A DNA stretch of 64,000 nt from Pelomyxa schiedti (GCA_020536535.1 JAHLWZ010000869.1:1595-65594); one strand, 5' to 3'; numbered from the stretch's first letter, positions 1 to 13,843 are shown. Notes: generated by a model from the letters alone, not told the origin. Program-made: numbers and translations.

Positions 1-2665
1 TGAATATGACCATACCTTCAAGGGAAAAGCAAACCATGAACAGGTGACAGCGCTTCAGACGACGAATCAAAATGTCAGTAAACCGTATGGATTCATCATG
101 AGTCCTTACAAACACTGCAGGATGATGGTTGGTTTCAGAGAAAATAACACTCAGAATGTGAAATACCAGTCAAGCCCACTACCTATAGGGGGGGTGGGTA
201 TGAAGGAACACTCATTTTAAAGAAGGAAATAGATGGTTAGCTGTGCTTGTTATGTGAGATGGCAAGCAGGTACCTTGGTGTTTGTTTGCAAAATCATTCG
301 GGGTGGATAGTCATTGTCAAAGGGTGTCCGAGATTCCTTCCGGCAAAATTGATATGCCAATGTCATTGCTCCTACTCCAAATTCTCCTGCACAGAACCCA
401 TCAGAAAACGAAACAGGATGAAAACAAGGAAAAACTACCAAGGATCATGCAGGAAAGTTCAATTTCTGTTGGTTTCGGCGATCCCTCAACAATAAAGGAA
501 CCAAGTCCACTCGAAAATTGCTTGAAGAACTTTTCACAGTACAGGAACTGATCTTTTCTCAGATTCCTCGATTCCCAGTACGAAGGTGAGTTCGATATTT
601 CATCTACCAACACAAGAAAGTCCTTTTGTCTGGGCTTGAAAAAAATTTTCAGTTGGTGAAGTTCTTACCCTACAAACTCGCCTGCAACGATAAAGATCCC
701 TTGGGGGTAACAGCGAAAGGATTTCAACAACAGTGAACAGCGGTATCATAATTCCCTTGAGTTATCAAATTTGTTTTCATAATATGTGTATAAACTGTGA
801 GGAGATTATGAAATTGAGTCTACCTTCCTACTAGAAAGAGACTCGAAGACATGTATTAGTTCAAGGTTGTTTGATTGCTGTGCCAACTGGGATGGTTGCC
901 CCACATTCGTTTGGATCTAGTACGCAATTAGTTGTGCCTTGGATCCACTCCGTCATACGCTTGGGTTTGCATTGCTTTCCTGGAGTGTACTGGCATTAAA
1001 GAGGAAATACTGCAAACTTTCTAGGAGTTGCATACCAGAAGCACTCGTGTCATCAAGGTATTTTTGCTCATAACCGCAATGTGAAGTGGGGTGAATCCAT
1101 CGTTGTCAATAGTATTTGGGTTCATCTTTCCCTTGTTGAGAAGCTCCTTGACAAGTGCACAGTTCCCCGATCTGACGGCGAGAAATAGACAAGAAGCTCC
1201 TTTTTTAAACAAAAAAAGAAATGAGCGGGAGTCAAAGCTACACCTTCGGGAATACCTCGATATTGCACTTTGGGATCTACTCCCGACTTGAGTATTGTCC
1301 TTACAACTTTGTGAAGAAGTGGATCTTCAAGTGGTGGGAGATTGGAGCTTGACCTACACAGTAAATGCAGAGAATGACGTCCGTCATTTGTTTTTGCTGT
1401 TGGTTCTGCCCCTCTCTTGAGAAGTGTCCATGCAATCTACATGGAAACAGTTAAATACCTGAGTGAGGAAAATAAAGGAAAAATTCAGATTTGGTGTACA
1501 GAAATACGATTTATATGACACCTTCGTTTGACCTGTGCTTACTGCAGACAGAAGAGGAGTCCAGCCATGCCTGTCCACTGAGTCTACATGTGCACCGCAA
1601 GATAGCAGCCACTTAACAAGTTCATAATTTCCACAATGACTACTGATAGTTATTTGGACAGCCGAAGAAACTGGTGTCGTACCAAGCAGCATGTAACAAT
1701 GTTGTGCCAGATATATCAACTTGATCAACCCCAAATGTCGTCACTGCCGCGGAGAGTGTTCTCTTCAGTTCAGGAGAAAAAGTCGGTGAGACTTCCACAA
1801 GCTGAATGAGAGAAGCCGTCTTATTATTGGTAGAGGCAGGTACATATGCCACCCAGTCCACATTGAAGTCGGTTTCCTATAATGATATCAACAGGTGTGT
1901 ACATGAGTGACACTGACCTCAGTGTTGAGACCGATAATGCCAAAGCTATTCCTTGTGATATCAGTTATGCTTGTGGATTGGAGTTTATATGAAAAACCAG
2001 CTGGACCTTTTGTGACCCAAGCAGAAACATGTGGTGGTGAATCAAAAATTTTCCCAAAGGAGATCCTTTGAAAATTAGGAGGGCTTCCTGGGAAGGAGTA
2101 CCTACGTGAGGTGTGCATTTACTGCTGCTGAAGATTTGGGTGCAACGTGAACTTTGCCACTTTCAAAAGCAATTGTGTGCAGAGGGAGGGACCGAAAAAC
2201 CTCTGATTAAGTTTAGGGGTGGCAAATTGGTACATTGCCATGGACATAACATACCTTGAAACGAAGCCCTCAGTTGTGTGAAAGACTTCTTTTCAACGTC
2301 AATCAATTCCTTTTCTTTTTAGATTCAGACCTTTTTGTTTTAGACAGAGATTGATTACTCAATGTAAGTTGATCCCTCAAGCAGGTATTTACAGCCTCCA
2401 GTTCCAGCATTTCCACTCTATTGGAATCCACCTGCGGACAAAAAAAGTGTACAACTTAGTTCAAGTAAAGCCATAAAACGCCCACCAATTCTAGGAGCTG
2501 CTGATTTTTTTCCGTCAGTTCCCTCACGGCATTTTCGAGTGCCTCAATTTTCAGTGATGCCGTCTCACCCCCACCTCCCATAATTGCTACCATCACCCCA
2601 CTCCCGTCACGTGGTAGACTTGACGAGGCGGACACAGGTGGCGCCGTATGTCGGGGAACATCCAT
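1..2665 (-). CDS. Multi-exon protein, 3' end outside window: coiled coil, H-type-lectin-like domain, ankyrin repeats, F-box, degenerate Ras-like domain
   Basis: Manually spliced exons: ISFGKIFDSPPHVSAW...ETDFNVDWVAY (H-lectin-like); DRHGWTPLLSA and DNDGFTPLHIAV (ankyrin); IPLFTVVEILSLLPPRDLYRCRRVCR (F-box, ~670-756); CMILGEFGVGAMTLAYQF and LFMVCFSLE (Ras-like). Intron 387-438 has clean GT-AG ends. ATG at 2665 (MDVPRH). Confidence 0.75.
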
Positions 2666-2729
2666 GGGTGGCGGGTGCAACCAATACTGCAGACTAGCAG
2701 CTAGATGATCACAGCGACTTGGTGTCTTT

Positions 2730-4667
2730 TGGTCTCTCTCTTGAGGTTTTTCGTAGAAAATTATCATCGGTGCCACAAACCATACCATGGTCACCTGTGA
2801 GCCACAACAAAATCTACAGTTACACCCTTGTGACTTGCAAGATTCCACTCTGCAGTATTGAATACATTTGCCTGGGTTTACCAGATATTCCCTCCAGCAT
2901 TGTAACTGATTTGGCTTTGCCTCTGGCATGGTGCAGGGTGGGCAGAGTGATGGTAGAAAATTATCTTCTGATTGAGATCTCTGGGAAGTACACTTGTAAG
3001 TACGGTGCGCCAACGCGTAAGACCCACGTAACAACGCACTCCCTTGACACCTGTAATGCACAGCCGATAGCGATGCCGAAGTCCATCCACTCCTCAACGG
3101 TGCAGTAAGAAAGAACCTAGCAACTGGTGTTGGTTCGAACCATCAGAATCTCCTTGTTGGTTGGTGACGCAGCAAGATGGATGATTCTGTGTAGATACTC
3201 GTAAGCTCGATCCGCATGCGGAGACGAAGAGAAAAGATGCACTTGGAGGAAACAATTGGTTCACTGGAGTCGGGATGTCAAGATGTCTGAAAGATCAAAG
3301 GAAAAGACGGCCTTTCGAACTCGAACAGGATTGTATCAATTTACAATGATGAGCTTTGGCCTAGTCAGCGGACCAGCAACTTTTCAGAGGTTAATGGGAC
3401 CTTACACTAGCTGTGTTGACACCTGAACATTGCCTTGTGTGCATTGATGATTAATCATTTTTCTCGAGAGGATCATTAAATGAACCCCTACCTGACGTTG
3501 TTTATTTGTAGACCAGCTTCTCTGAGACAATCAAACATCTTTCTTACCCACCCTGAGATGCTAAAGAAAGAACTTACCAAGGCACCGATTTTTGCCAATA
3601 TCCGCGGTGGGACAAGCCATTTGCTATCGAAACAGACGTTTCAACTACAGCAATATAAGATGGTCGTTATTGCTACCAGAGTATGATTATGAGGTCATAG
3701 ATCGTGCGGGACATTTGAGCTTGAGGATTTCGGAGGGCTTCAGTCGAGAGCTGAGGCCAAGGAAGAACCAGAAGTGGTAGGTAACGAGCAAAGGTTGGAT
3801 GTGCAGCAAAGGCAAGAGCAGGAAGAACGTCTGCAAGAACGAGTGTCTGATTGATGTAACAGAGCAAGAAGTAGCTCAAAAGCAGAAAGAACATCCTGAT
3901 GTGAAAATATTCTACGAGTTGTGCTTAGGCAATTACAATGTATTGAAGGATGTGCCTGAAGCACCAAAGATTCAAGTTACCTTGTTCAGAAAGAGTTCTT
4001 GAGATTGGTTGAGGGAACACTATGGAGACTGGTGATACCAGCGAAGAATCCTAAACGAACTCAGTGTTGGTGTTTTTTGTGTTTCGAAAGGACCATTGAG
4101 ACGGCGATTGTTGCAAAACTATCATGATGACCTGAGAGGGGGGGAACATAGAGGGGGTGCGAAGATGTATGTTGTTCTTTCAGAAAAAAAATACTGGTGG
4201 CCAAGGATGTTTGAAGAAATCAAGGAGTGGGTTTCATCCTGTACCACATGTCAACAATTTCGAAGACATAAAGCTAGATATCAACCTAGAAGCATCGAAG
4301 CTACTGAACCCAATAAATGTGTGGCAATTGACCATTCTCTGTGGGACCATTCCCATAAACTGGATCCGGAAAAAACTCTACGTTGTGTGTGGTCGATCTA
4401 TCTCCAAAGATGGTCAAATGGTTGAAAACCCTAAATACAGAAGCAGCAACTATAGTGAGATGTATCGAGAAACGTTGGATGGTTCCGCAAGGAGGTCTTA
4501 AGTATTTGGTCTGTGACAGAGATACAGCGTTTGTGAATGATCTTAATACGGAAAATGTGGCAACAGCTTGGGGTATTCGTAGAAATGTGGTTACGGCATA
4601 TCATCCACAATCTAACGGTGAAGCTGAGAACGCTGTCAAGAATGTAAAGCATTGCGTAGAAAAGTAA
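2730..4667 (+). mobile_element. Degenerate Ty3/gypsy LTR-retrotransposon pol remnant (RT, RNase H, integrase)
   Basis: RT fragments FCVDTRKL and [32 protein letters not shown]; decayed catalytic motif (CIDD then stop); RNase H-region RWSLLLPEYDYEV; integrase HHCC region (YHDD..GEHRG..KYWWPRM..CTTCQQF) and core (VCDRDTAF, TAYHPQSNGEAE). RT-RH-INT order is gypsy type. Many stops and frameshifts; no LTR found. Confidence 0.9.
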
Positions 4668-5404
4668 GTACTTCGAAAGTACAGAAAATCATGCAAGTCT
4701 ATAAGCGACGAAATTACTGCCGGTGAAGAGACCGAAGAAACCACAACCACGTGCAGTAACACAACAACCCACAACATCAAAACATCAACGTAAAAAGGAC
4801 CAACAACCAAAACAACAGACACCAAGTCCACAAGCATTACCTACAACCAAACAAGCCACTACAACTGGAGTGACAAATGACGGCATTGCCACTGACACCC
4901 TCAATGACCAGATCTGACACCGACACCGGAAACACGTGCACCTCCACCCACCGCCTCTCCATTTCCCAACAACAAGTTCCACGCCTCCTTTCACCTCACC
5001 AAACTTCATATTTGGAACGCACGCAGGGAGACGATCGATCGCTGGGGTGCACACCCCGTGGACAAGACGGGGCAATGGCGGAACACTTAAGGGAAACCCA
5101 ATTGATGAAACCCAACTGGGGCCATTTGCGCGCCATGGTACCCAAGACCGGGTGGGTCATCCTCCAGGTCACCCCAACACCAACTCGTGCACACGCCGAC
5201 GCGCAGAGAGTCCGATGCCGACGGACGCATCGCCAGACATCATCAAGGACAGGGTCTGGCCTTGCTTCGCTGCGGCTGATTATTGTATCGGATTAGCTTT
5301 TCTTTTCTATCGAGGTGTTCAACTATGGCAACCCCCAGCAGGAGCTGACCGGCCTTTCCCAAGTTCGGTTGTACGGGGACCATCGGAAAATTCTGGATAT
5401 TTTT

Positions 5405-5765
5405 CCCACAAGTACGGTTTCGGAGGAATCATCTGTCAAAACACGGGAGCACAAGGAAAGAATGTTACAGAGGTTCTGGGAGCCCTTAGTGGCCACTGCG
5501 GACCGAGAACTGGAAACATACATCATCATGTGGTTTAAGAAGAATAAGGAGGACAAATACAACGTGTACACCGAACTACAATTACATCATTTAGGAGGAC
5601 GAAGTTTCCAGTTCTGGCGAGACCGGCCCTCGGGCGAGCAAGTCGCAAAGAGGACGAGTTCCCCCACAATTGGAACGTGGGGTAATACAGCCAAGGGTTG
5701 CAAGGGACAAAACTCCTGGAACATTTTTTTTATTTGGTTTTTGTTTGTTATTTATCTTGTTGCAA
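5405..5765 (+). repeat. Dispersed repeat copy 1 (inverted copy at 19957-20302); candidate structured ncRNA or non-autonomous element
   Basis: By-eye alignment: identical blocks of about 29, 60 and 98 nt separated by short divergent spacers; ends in an oligo(T) run. Confidence 0.85.
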
Positions 5766-5911
5766 AGTGTCAAGGTTTCTTTGGTATGTTTATTTATACC
5801 AAACCTTTGGAGGAAGCTCAACACGCCAGCGTTCCAATTAACCGCCCTCGGCATCCCTTGTCGTTGGCACACAAAAAAAAGAAGAAAACGAAACAGAAGT
5901 TTGGGGTTTTT

Positions 5912-8900
5912 TTAAGATTTGAAATTTTGTTTGTCTGCAGCCGACTTGGGGTCCAATCTATTAGCACTTAGAACAGTAAAACAATGCAGGAAAGGAGACA
6001 TACGTGGTGCCTACTCCTTGTACTACATTGTCAATTGTTTCTGGAAAGGTATTGTTTGTGAGAGTGAGGAACGCAAAGGCGGCGGAACAACCTGTGGCCG
6101 CGGCTATTGGGCTGAACACTACAACTGGAAGTGCCTTGAGTAATGCAAATAGGAATCCCTAGTTGACAGTGGGTTTAGTGTGTGTGCCGGTTGGAAAATG
6201 GCGTTTCACGCACAGTTCCGCCTGACTTGTGGTATTCTTCCATTGGAGTGCTGTACGCAGTCTCAGCAACGACTTGGAATTCTCGGGAGAGGCTGTTACA
6301 GGCAAGGCGGAGGCCGTCCTGGGTTCCTTGTGGAGCCGCCGGTTTCTTCCCACTGGGTGCACTGCTCTTTCCGCTCTGTTGTTTTGGGTTGGAATTTGTT
6401 CCTCACTCGCAGTAATCTACACACAAGCCAGTCATTGGTCCAAGATACGCCATCCCTTACATTCCCGCTAACGCATGAAAAGAAATCCAAAGCCTCCTTT
6501 CCAACAATCTGTTTATAATAAGTTTGACTTGTCCTATGTGTTACTATGTGCATGGTACTTACTGAGGCGAGGCCCACAACTCCGCGATTAATACCTTACG
6601 GAGAACACTTGTTCGTGAAAGGGTGCATTCATGAGAGTTGAGATTACCGAGAAGAAGGCTTCTGTCCTTTCTGTACTGGTCGATAGGAAGCAGAAAAACG
6701 TTCGCCATGCCACTTCCAAGATTCATGAATGTTCGGAGTGGTCTTACACCTTGGGGGAGGAAGGAAAAAGTTATTTCGAGGAATCGACTGGAATGTGGAT
6801 ACCTGTGGTTGTAACTTGAGCATATAACGTCAACTTGTTTGCAAACAGCTTGTTAACAACAACAACCAGAAGACTCCCCCAAGAATTGCATTCCATCTTG
6901 CAAAAGGATTTTTAGTTGCAGTTTTTTTTTTCCTTTCGTATTTGTACTTGATTTCCCTCCAAGAGAAGCCTAGGTAGTGAAATCTGAGCGCCACTGATTG
7001 TAAACAGGTTCCAAATTTCTTGGCTGGAATTTACTAGGTTTTTCAAGTCCAGTCTCTTTGCTACGTAGTCCAACGCGAATTTTATGGGGGCGATATCCAC
7101 TTGGTCTGAGTAAATGTGAGAGTCTGAACAAAGTCGACAAGCTACAAACCAAATACTATGTCATAACAAGGTAACTTAGTTTCATTTAGAACATACGCCC
7201 AATTTCCAAACAGCCATAATGCTGTATCTTGATCAATATGAAGTTTAAATGGGCGTACACCAAACTGCAGAAATTTAGAAACTAAAAGATTTCCGAAGTG
7301 TAATATTGAAAGGTACTTTGACAAGAACTCGGTCTTGGGTGATTCCCTCAGCAGGTGTACGAGATAAAACGGAGAACTCCATACCATGGAGTGCTGTGTG
7401 CCAAGGTTTGTCCCTATCAAATTCAAAGATCCTATTCAACTCGGAGCACATCAGGTGGTCTTGAAGCTGAATGACAGTCAGTCATTCCGAGCATTTAATT
7501 GATGCACTCAACCTCTAAATTCTGCAGTGTCAATGCGAAGTAAGAACTAAAAGCTCCCAAGGGAATTATGTAGTAACGAACTGTCATGCCAGAAAGACGC
7601 AAAAATATGCACTCTAAAAGAATTAAAATTTGCTGTGGGTTTTGAACTTGAACCTGATTTCTTGCGTTTACTGCTGGAATGTGCTGTGACAATGGGGTTT
7701 TCTGCCCATGGGTAATACGGGCTTGCTGTGGGAGCTGGCTTTTTTGATGTATCACTTGAGGAGGGGTCAGGCCAGTCCAGGTCACAACAAATCCGCATAG
7801 AAATGTTCAACTGCGCAATGACCACTATGTGTCCCGGGTTTTGACATCTGTTCATTTGATATGAAAAACCACACTCAAGGGAACCAACACCCAAGGGAAA
7901 AATACCCTGATGGGAGAGAAAGAATGGTCTGACATTCAGGTTTTTCAGAGATGTAATCATCCACCCTGTTCACAAAAAAAGGATGGGATGGGTTGTGAAA
8001 GTGAATGGCCGGTTCTGAACTTGAGACCTTGAGACTTGGTTATTTTGGGAGAGTAAAATTTTGGAGTTACATAAGAATGGGTGGATCTTGTGGGTGGAGT
8101 ATGTACGGAATCCACAAGTTTCGTTGGTAGCTCAGACTGGTTGTGTAGTGATGTTTGCAGGAATTTTGGGTCACAGAGGGGTATTATTCCTGGTGCATTG
8201 TTTGTGGAAGGGGAGATTAAAGGTGTTGCTTGCGTAAATGAGTATTGATTTAATAGCGGCACTGCTGGAAGTTGTGGGTTGGGACTAAAGGAAGGCAACG
8301 GCGATTGCACGGAAGTTGGGAAAGGTGGAAATGGAGCGGGAAGTGCCGTGTTCGACGGGAAAAATGGACTCTTTTGCGGCTGAGTTGATGGTTGTGGATT
8401 GAAAAATGGTTGAGAGTGCTGTAATTGGAGTGCTTGAGGGTTTTGAGGAAATGGTGGAAGTGGTGTAATTTGAGGAAAAGAAAACGGGGAAGTTGGTTGA
8501 TGTTGAGGGTTATTGTAGGGTACCTGCTGCTGTGGAAACGGTGGCTGTTGCAGAAAGTGAGGCTGCTGTGGAAATTGTGGCTGTTGCAGAAATGGTGTCT
8601 GCTGTGGCGGTTGCTGATGAAAGGGTGAAGTATGTGACCCAAAAGATGGGGGAGTTGTGAAGGAAATATCATGTGGGGTGTTCGTATCAGTTGTGATACT
8701 CCGAAAAGGGGAATGGGGTGGAGATGTGCCAGTTGCTGTGGAATGAAGCCCTGATAAACCCTTTTTAAATGAAAACTGTTGCATCTGTTGCTGAAGTAAT
8801 GTTTGTTGAGCTTGTTTTAAATGGGTAGGTAAGGGTAAATGTGGGTTGGAACTGGGGACTTGAATGCCTTCGTGTGTATCATCAAGTGGAATGGAAATGT

Positions 8901-11900
8901 CATCTTCGAATTCCTCGTTCGTGTGCGCATCCTGTTTGTGAGATTGTGTGGATGAGGAGGCTTCAATTTTGCGGAGTTCGGGCATGACTCCGCTCTGTAG
9001 AGGTGGGGGGATCGAGAACGTTGTGACAGGGGACCTTGATTTCCCCAGAGAGCACAGGTACTGAAGGAAATTGGCATTCAGGTATTGTTTGGAGTAGATT
9101 ATGAACTCAATCAGGACACTCAAGCTGTCAATGCAAAATTCCAAGTCAGCATGAATTTCCGAAAATTTGACCTGCGTGTTTTTTTGGTTATTTTGCTGTT
9201 TATGTATAAGGTTTTTAAAAAACCTTCAAAGGAGAGGAACCAAAGGGGGGCTTCAATTTAAGGGCAAAATCAAGATTTCCAACTTCGGCAAAATTCATTT
9301 CCTTTTTCAATGTGAAACGAACGTTAAAAAAAAACTTGGATACTTTCAAGTGAGTTGAGAAATTTTGGCTTGGTTGAAAAACGTCAGTGACTGACTTGGT
9401 CACAAAAAACTTCCACATGTGTGCTCTGATATCAAAGGTAGGTCTGGATGCAACAGGCAGAAATATCTTCAAAACCATTACCCATCCAGGTTTTCATGAG
9501 AAAAAAGAACCTTTGTCTGCCCAGTCAAAATTATGGCACATTTTGGTAAGAGGAAACCGAATTTCAAAGCAATGTCATTGGAGGAGATGTAAAACTGCTA
9601 GTGTTATTCATGATATGGCAGATATAAATCATACTGGGATGCCACGAGAAGGAGAAATGTTAGTAAATGAGAACGCAAGTAGGTTTTCTAGCCATGAGCC
9701 ACAGGAGTCTTTTGTTTGTTCATATTATGGAATTAATATATGAAGGAAGGGGTGGGGGCCAAAGACAGATACCTGGACACAGGTCAATTGTCAGGCCATC
9801 TACATGTATGGATATTGCCTGTGAGTGGGAAGCGTGGTCATGGACTTGGGCTCCCTCACGGAGGTATTTCCCAGAACTAAGTACGGAAGGAGTGGCCTGT
9901 GCATCTTCTGACTGTAACATCAGATTAATAACCAGAAAAAAAATTTTTTTCTGATATTGGGAAGGTGGATTTACGTCATTAAACTTTGTCTTATACAGTA
10001 CTGCTATAGGTGAGACTTTTGGTGCATGGCATAGTACAGTCAACGACTGCACACTGTTGACAAAGTAGTCCACCATCTAGATCTTCCCCAGTCAAAGAAA
10101 AAGTCTACAGGATTCATTTTTTAGGAAATAATACCCTTCCATGGAAGTTGAAAATGTGGATGTGAGTTAATTCCACAAAGCGGACCTCTTCCCACAGATG
10201 CATGTGATCTGATTCTGGGTGCTTGAGATTGATATAACCTAGCAGCAGAGTAAAAAACCACGATTTGTTGAGGAATGGAAACCAGTAGCGCATTTGAAAG
10301 TAATCGAGAAAGCATTCACATTTGGTTTCTATGATTTTTTTTTTTTTTTGTAATCACTTCAATGAGTTTGTACTCATTTCTTATGACTTACTGTTTGTTT
10401 AGAATAGTCTTGGCAGTAGGACTGAATAAAAGAAAGAAGCTGCTCATAAATCTTGGGGGTAAGATCCAGAGATAAATTTGGAACATCTATCTGCAATAAG
10501 TACATCTGCTACTGTGTTACCACTTGACACAATAACTTGGAATAGAGTACTGAAGCTTCTTGGGCAGCACCCATAAAAAACGATCTTTCATTTTTGGACA
10601 TCAGTGGAGACGGCCACGGGGTTGCTGAATAAGTTTCACTGTCGATGACTAATGTTGGCTGGGTGGAAAAGGGAGAATCTTTTGGCGCCTTCAAGGATTG
10701 CAACAATGTGGAGCCTATGTTGATACTATCACTGTTGAGGGGAACAGTTGGGGTTTCTGGCACACTGTGCTGGTTGGGAGGCAAAGTTTGTTCAGGTGAT
10801 TCTTCCTGAACTATAAGCTGGATAGGAGGCTCTTGGGATGTGTTAGTCTGAGGCATGGTGATCTCCAGTACACGTTGTGGAGCAGCTAAAGTTTTTGTTG
10901 GTGAAAAAAACCAAAAGAGACAATCAACCTGCATTTTCTTTGATGAAAGCTCTCAGAGTTTCAAAGTTGAAGGTGTATTTTCCCAAGGTACTTCTGAAAT
11001 TGAGTGGTATTTCATGTAACTCCAACGAGATACCTTTTCATAAACAACCCACAGGCTTCAACAATAAGTTCAGAGTGTTCAAAGAAATGGATTGAAGCAG
11101 TAATGGTCCTTGCTTTGACTGTGATATCTGTATTATGCCGAACTTGGTTCTGTTTTTGTTGGCTTTAATTTTTTTATTTTTTTGTATTTTATTTTGTGGG
11201 TGGTGGTAGGTTTTAGGGGTTTGTGCATTAAAATTATGATACCACAGGTTTTGCTAAGCTGATGTATTCCAAAATTCGGCTGTGGAAGTCACCTCTGGAA
11301 GATCTGAGGGGGATTAGATTATGTTTATTTCGGAGCCGAACCTCATTGAAAGAAATGACTGGCTCATACTGGTTCCATGTGAGGCAGTGCAAATTCCTTC
11401 CCAAAGAAAGAGTATGGGTTGCAATAAAGATGCAGCGTGAGAAGATGTTGCATCCCAAAAAACTTGAATATCAGGGAAGTCACACTTTATAGTGGCACTG
11501 GGACCGGTTTCTGAAAGCTGGAGATCATATGGCAGGAAATGAGTGACTCTAGTTTATGAATGATGTGTACCCTCAGTTTTATCTTAATGGAAAAAGGAGA
11601 ATCCATCAGAGATGTTTCACTGGAAGTAACCCTAAGGCATGGTCTGGGGAAGAAATTTGATACATTAATACTGAATGGAGGTAGTGAAGAACATACATGG
11701 TACTCAGGAGGGCTCCGTCTTCTTTTTGTTGTCAAATCATAACATACATGTATAAAGATGTGTAGAAAAGAAAAGGTGATAGTACCATATATGTTCTTTG
11801 CAATTCTCAGGCATGATTGAAACTTGAAGGAGCGCTTACTTTTAGTCCGTTTGTAAAGAGCGCTGAAATTGGATAAAGTTGCACAAATCTCAGTGGAGGG

Positions 11901-13667
11901 TTTCTCTGTATTGTAGAGTGCAACCACAATCTGAGAATAGGCAAGTTTGAGGTCTACAACACAGAATTCCTGATACTGGTTGAGGGAAAATTTGTCAACT
12001 TATAGCTTTACAATATCTTGTTCCTCACAGCATTGGGGAATATCCCGAGATTCGGTATTTTCTGCACTGCTGATAGTAATTTCCTTAGCCAGGTTACTTA
12101 TGCTTTAAAAGAAAGGTGAATACATTTGGTTGTTGGTTGTGCAATTGCCTATTTACGTTTTCCTCTGCTTGTCCCTCTCTTGCCCTCGCTATGAGAACAA
12201 AAAGAAAAAAAAAAAAAAAAAAAAGAAAGAAAATTAAATACCTTTGGTCAATATCTTCATCCCCTTCACAATCATAATAAACTTCACCCTCCTCATTACC
12301 AGTTTCATCAAAGGAGTCAGAAGGATAAGTAGAGCTTCTACAAATGTGAAAAACATTGGATGAAAGGAAATAAATACAAATTCTTTTGTGTCAAGTAACT
12401 GTGTTGGGAGATTCCAAGTTCCAATTCCTTTTTTCCACTCTGTTACTCCAACAGAAAAGAAGTGAAAGTGAACCTTCAGGGCTTCAAAAAGGAGGGGTAG
12501 ATGTTGCTCTTTTGGTAATACTTTTGAGGAAAACTGTTGTGGACCAAGATTTTCTGTGTGGTATAGAAATTGCGCAAGCAGAAGCAGTACCAGTGGGTTG
12601 ATGAATACCTGTAAAACCAGTTCAACATTCAGACCAGACATGAAGGGCACTCACATCAAAATTATCGACTTTGACTGTGAACTTAAGTGGTGGTATCAGG
12701 CAAAAACTTTTGTGATCCTTCAAATTCAACTGGCCCCTTTGTTATTTGTTTTAGAATCTTTCTTTTAAGTGAGTAAAACTACGTGAGTTTGATAAAACCA
12801 GTTCCGGAATGGGGATTGGAGAGCTTAATAACAGGGAAAGGACCAACCTAACAATTTAAATGGTTGAAAGAAGGATTAATAAAGATTGTACTAAACATGT
12901 TCATTGGAACTTTCTTGAAGACCACTGACACTAATATTCAGGGAGTCAAATATTAGGCAACACTCTGCAAGAAGGGATCCCACCTCCATGAGAAATGAGC
13001 AAAAAGTCAAGAATACAAACCAGATGCGGCAGTATTATAGTGCATGTATGGTATGGTTAGAGCTAATGCAACCATTCTCATCTTTGAAGGAGGTTCAACA
13101 CCATCAATTGTGTGCTCAACTTTAATTAACGTATCTCTGAAGGTGACGTCAAGCTTCATCAGCACATGTTGAAGGAGGAAATTGATCTTCTAATTACAAC
13201 TTAGAAAATATTAAACAACTGAAGTGTACATGTTCCTCTTCTGTCGAAGATTTGAATGGGGAGCTGTGATAGTTATTTGTATCTGCACAAGATCACTCAA
13301 TGCTTTTTTTGAAAGGAAAAAGACCTACCTCTCACAACAATGGCCATGCTCAACCCCACAACATTAAGAACATAAGGGATGGTATCACTCTCTGGCAATT
13401 TGATAGTGATAGCATCAATTTTCCCCTCCTTCAAGTACACTGGCAGTCTACCAACAAATTGGGCATTTATCGCCTGCACCACAAGGTAGCATAAACAACA
13501 GTAACCAAATGCAGCACTCATACAGCAGCGTCGAGAGTTATGTCCTTCAGAAGAACAGTGCCAGATGAAATCGAACTTCCCAACGTCGTAGCATCCAGAC
13601 CACCACACGAACAAAACGACCCCAGCACGTCTCCAATCAAAAACGACGCAAATCGTCTCGGCAGCAT
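5912..13667 (-). CDS. ATG2: Autophagy-related lipid transfer protein ATG2 (Chorein_N family), many introns
   Basis: N-terminus MLPRRFASFLIGDVLG...SGTVLLKDITLD...LPVYLKEGKIDAITIKLP (Chorein_N). C-terminal ATG2 motifs: RPFKLHIDQDTALWL, PIKFALDYVAKRLDL, GVRPLRTFMNLGSGMANVFLLPIDQYRKD, LKALPVVVFSPIAAAT, LDPKSAADKQNFKS-stop. Confidence 0.85.
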
Positions 13668-13843
13668 CACACGCCGTTTACTTATTTTTTTAATAAAAAT
13701 GAAACACGAGATCTTGGAGTAAACTACTTTTGTGCCAGCAGGGCATTAGTGTAGAACCGAAGAATCTCAACAGGGTAGGAAGTGAGTCTGTGATACGATT
13801 GAATCTTCCCGTTTTTCCTTGTTTTGGGATAGTCGGTTCCGAA

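Noticed and set aside
5315-5571. Chromodomain-like WEP motif downstream of the gypsy integrase
   Set aside because: Other chromodomain aromatic residues are missing, and the second copy has a stop in this frame.
5600-5660. Naming the repeat as SRP RNA (ACCGGCCC...GAGCAAG resembles helix 8)
   Set aside because: It lacks the CAGG/GNRA tetraloop signature. RNase P/MRP CR-I and CR-V matches were also only partial or misplaced.
9720-10315. OAS/CD-NTase-like nucleotidyltransferase hints (SVGRG, AISIHVDGLTIDLCP)
   Set aside because: These segments lie inside the ATG2 exon chain, and no GS..DxD triad can be assembled.
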